A stretch of 64,000 bases of DNA from an uncultured bacterium (GTDB lineage: Bacteria > Actinomycetota > Acidimicrobiia > Spongiisociales > UBA5794), in assembly GCA_963801165.1 (NCBI GenBank), contig CAWDDT010000001.1, positions 1,917 to 65,916 on the forward strand. The letters run 5' to 3'. This document shows, piece after piece, positions 63,459 to 64,000 of the stretch. Positions within the stretch are counted from its first letter, which is position 1. Every line of letters starts with the position of its first letter. The notes under the pieces are model-generated. The model was given only the letters and a program-made list of their open reading frames with translations. It did not search any database and was not told where the DNA came from. The position numbers were made by a program, and so were the translations under genes.

Positions 63459-64000
63459 GGTGTCCTCGGTAGTTTCAAACGCACTTCGGTCCCTTCGCCG
63501 GGCTCGCTGATGATCTCCGATTCGCCGCCCTGACGTCTCATCCGCCCCCGTAGCGAGTTCTCGATGCCGTGATGCCCGTCCGGGATGGCCTTCGGGTCGA
63601 AGCCGCAGCCCTGATCGGTTACGAAAACTTCGACTTCGTCGTCGCGCACTTCCGCAAAGACCGATACCTTGGCGGTACCCGAGTGTTTGGCGGCGTTGGT
63701 CATTGCCTCTCCGGTGGCGGCCACCAGAGACATAGCCCGTTCCGTCACCGGCATGTCACCGACGACGACCACCTCGACCGGCACATCGTGGCGCGCCTCG
63801 ACTTCGCTGGCGGCGCTCTCCAGGGCCTGGCGAAGACCGATCGGGGCGCTGCCGTCTCTCGCTCCGTACAGCCAGCTGCGCAGATCTCGTTCCTGCGCTC
63901 GGGCCAGGGTGACCATCCTCTTCGGGTCGTCCGTCCGCTGGATGAGTGCCAATGTCTGTAACACCGAGTCATGGAGGTGGGCAGCAACCTCGGTGCGTTC
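63455..64000 (-). CDS. Sensor histidine kinase (HisKA_3 + HATPase_c), C-terminal part; the N-terminus lies beyond the window end
   Basis: The frame is open to position 64000: ERTEVAAHLHDSVLQTLALIQ (H-box)...GEAMTNAAKHSG...VTDQGCGF...GGESEIISEPGEGTEV. The stop overlaps the RR start. Confidence 0.85.
   Translation of the reverse strand, partial: ERTEVAAHLHDSVLQTLALIQRTDDPKRMVTLARAQERDLRSWLYGARDGSAPIGLRQALESAASEVEARHDVPVEVVVVGDMPVTERAMSLVAATGEAMTNAAKHSGTAKVSVFAEVRDDEVEVFVTDQGCGFDPKAIPDGHHGIENSLRGRMRRQGGESEIISEPGEGTEVRLKLPRTP

Noticed and set aside
1-64000. Scan for rRNA, tRNA, CRISPR arrays, IS elements/transposases, integrases, phage or toxin-antitoxin genes
   Set aside because: No cloverleaf-sized conserved non-coding gaps, no regularly spaced repeats, and no transposase, integrase or recombinase-like translations were seen. 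The only repeats are the three short tandem duplications listed as features. A by-eye scan cannot exclude small ncRNAs.

Overview
GC-rich, gene-dense chromosomal segment with actinobacterial-style codon usage. It holds about 56 protein-coding genes with short intergenic gaps and many ATGA/GTGA stop-start overlaps. I recognised no rRNA, tRNA, CRISPR array, transposase, integrase or phage gene. Contents in order: (1) 1-4805, a CCC-type permease, a glutathione-synthetase/RimK-type ATP-grasp ligase, an N-formylglutamate-amidohydrolase-family enzyme and a MATCAP-like (DUF1704, HExxxH + QEGLA) metallopeptidase. This is my best candidate for an uncharacterised system. (2) 4993-14433, a signalling island: a GAF histidine kinase and a MacB/FtsX ABC pair co-oriented with a cNMP-binding protein that has an unassigned N-terminal domain; a divergent response-regulator/class III cyclase fusion; two more receiver proteins; and an MBL-fold hydrolase. 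(3) Housekeeping and miscellaneous genes, including class I fumarase and a CrtI-like oxidoreductase. (4) An ars island: an aquaporin with an apparent frameshift, ArsC and an ArsR-ArsC fusion. (5) 24253-38849, a roughly 14.6-kb TetR-controlled acyl-CoA island with three AMP-ligases, a KAS III-like enzyme, an alpha/beta hydrolase, a Liv-type ABC importer, a crotonase and a MaoC dehydratase. (6) Sugar, trehalose and pentose-phosphate genes (GH15, zwf, gnd, otsA, treS-mak fusion, pckA). (7) 46437-47048, a peroxiredoxin whose peroxidatic Cys codon is an in-frame TGA followed by a SECIS-like hairpin, so a probable selenoprotein. (8) GNAT genes, an amidase, a gamma-carbonic anhydrase, Rrf2, tdh-kbl and a second NarL-type two-component pair. 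All calls come from reading the ORF translations and the sequence by eye. No database search was run.
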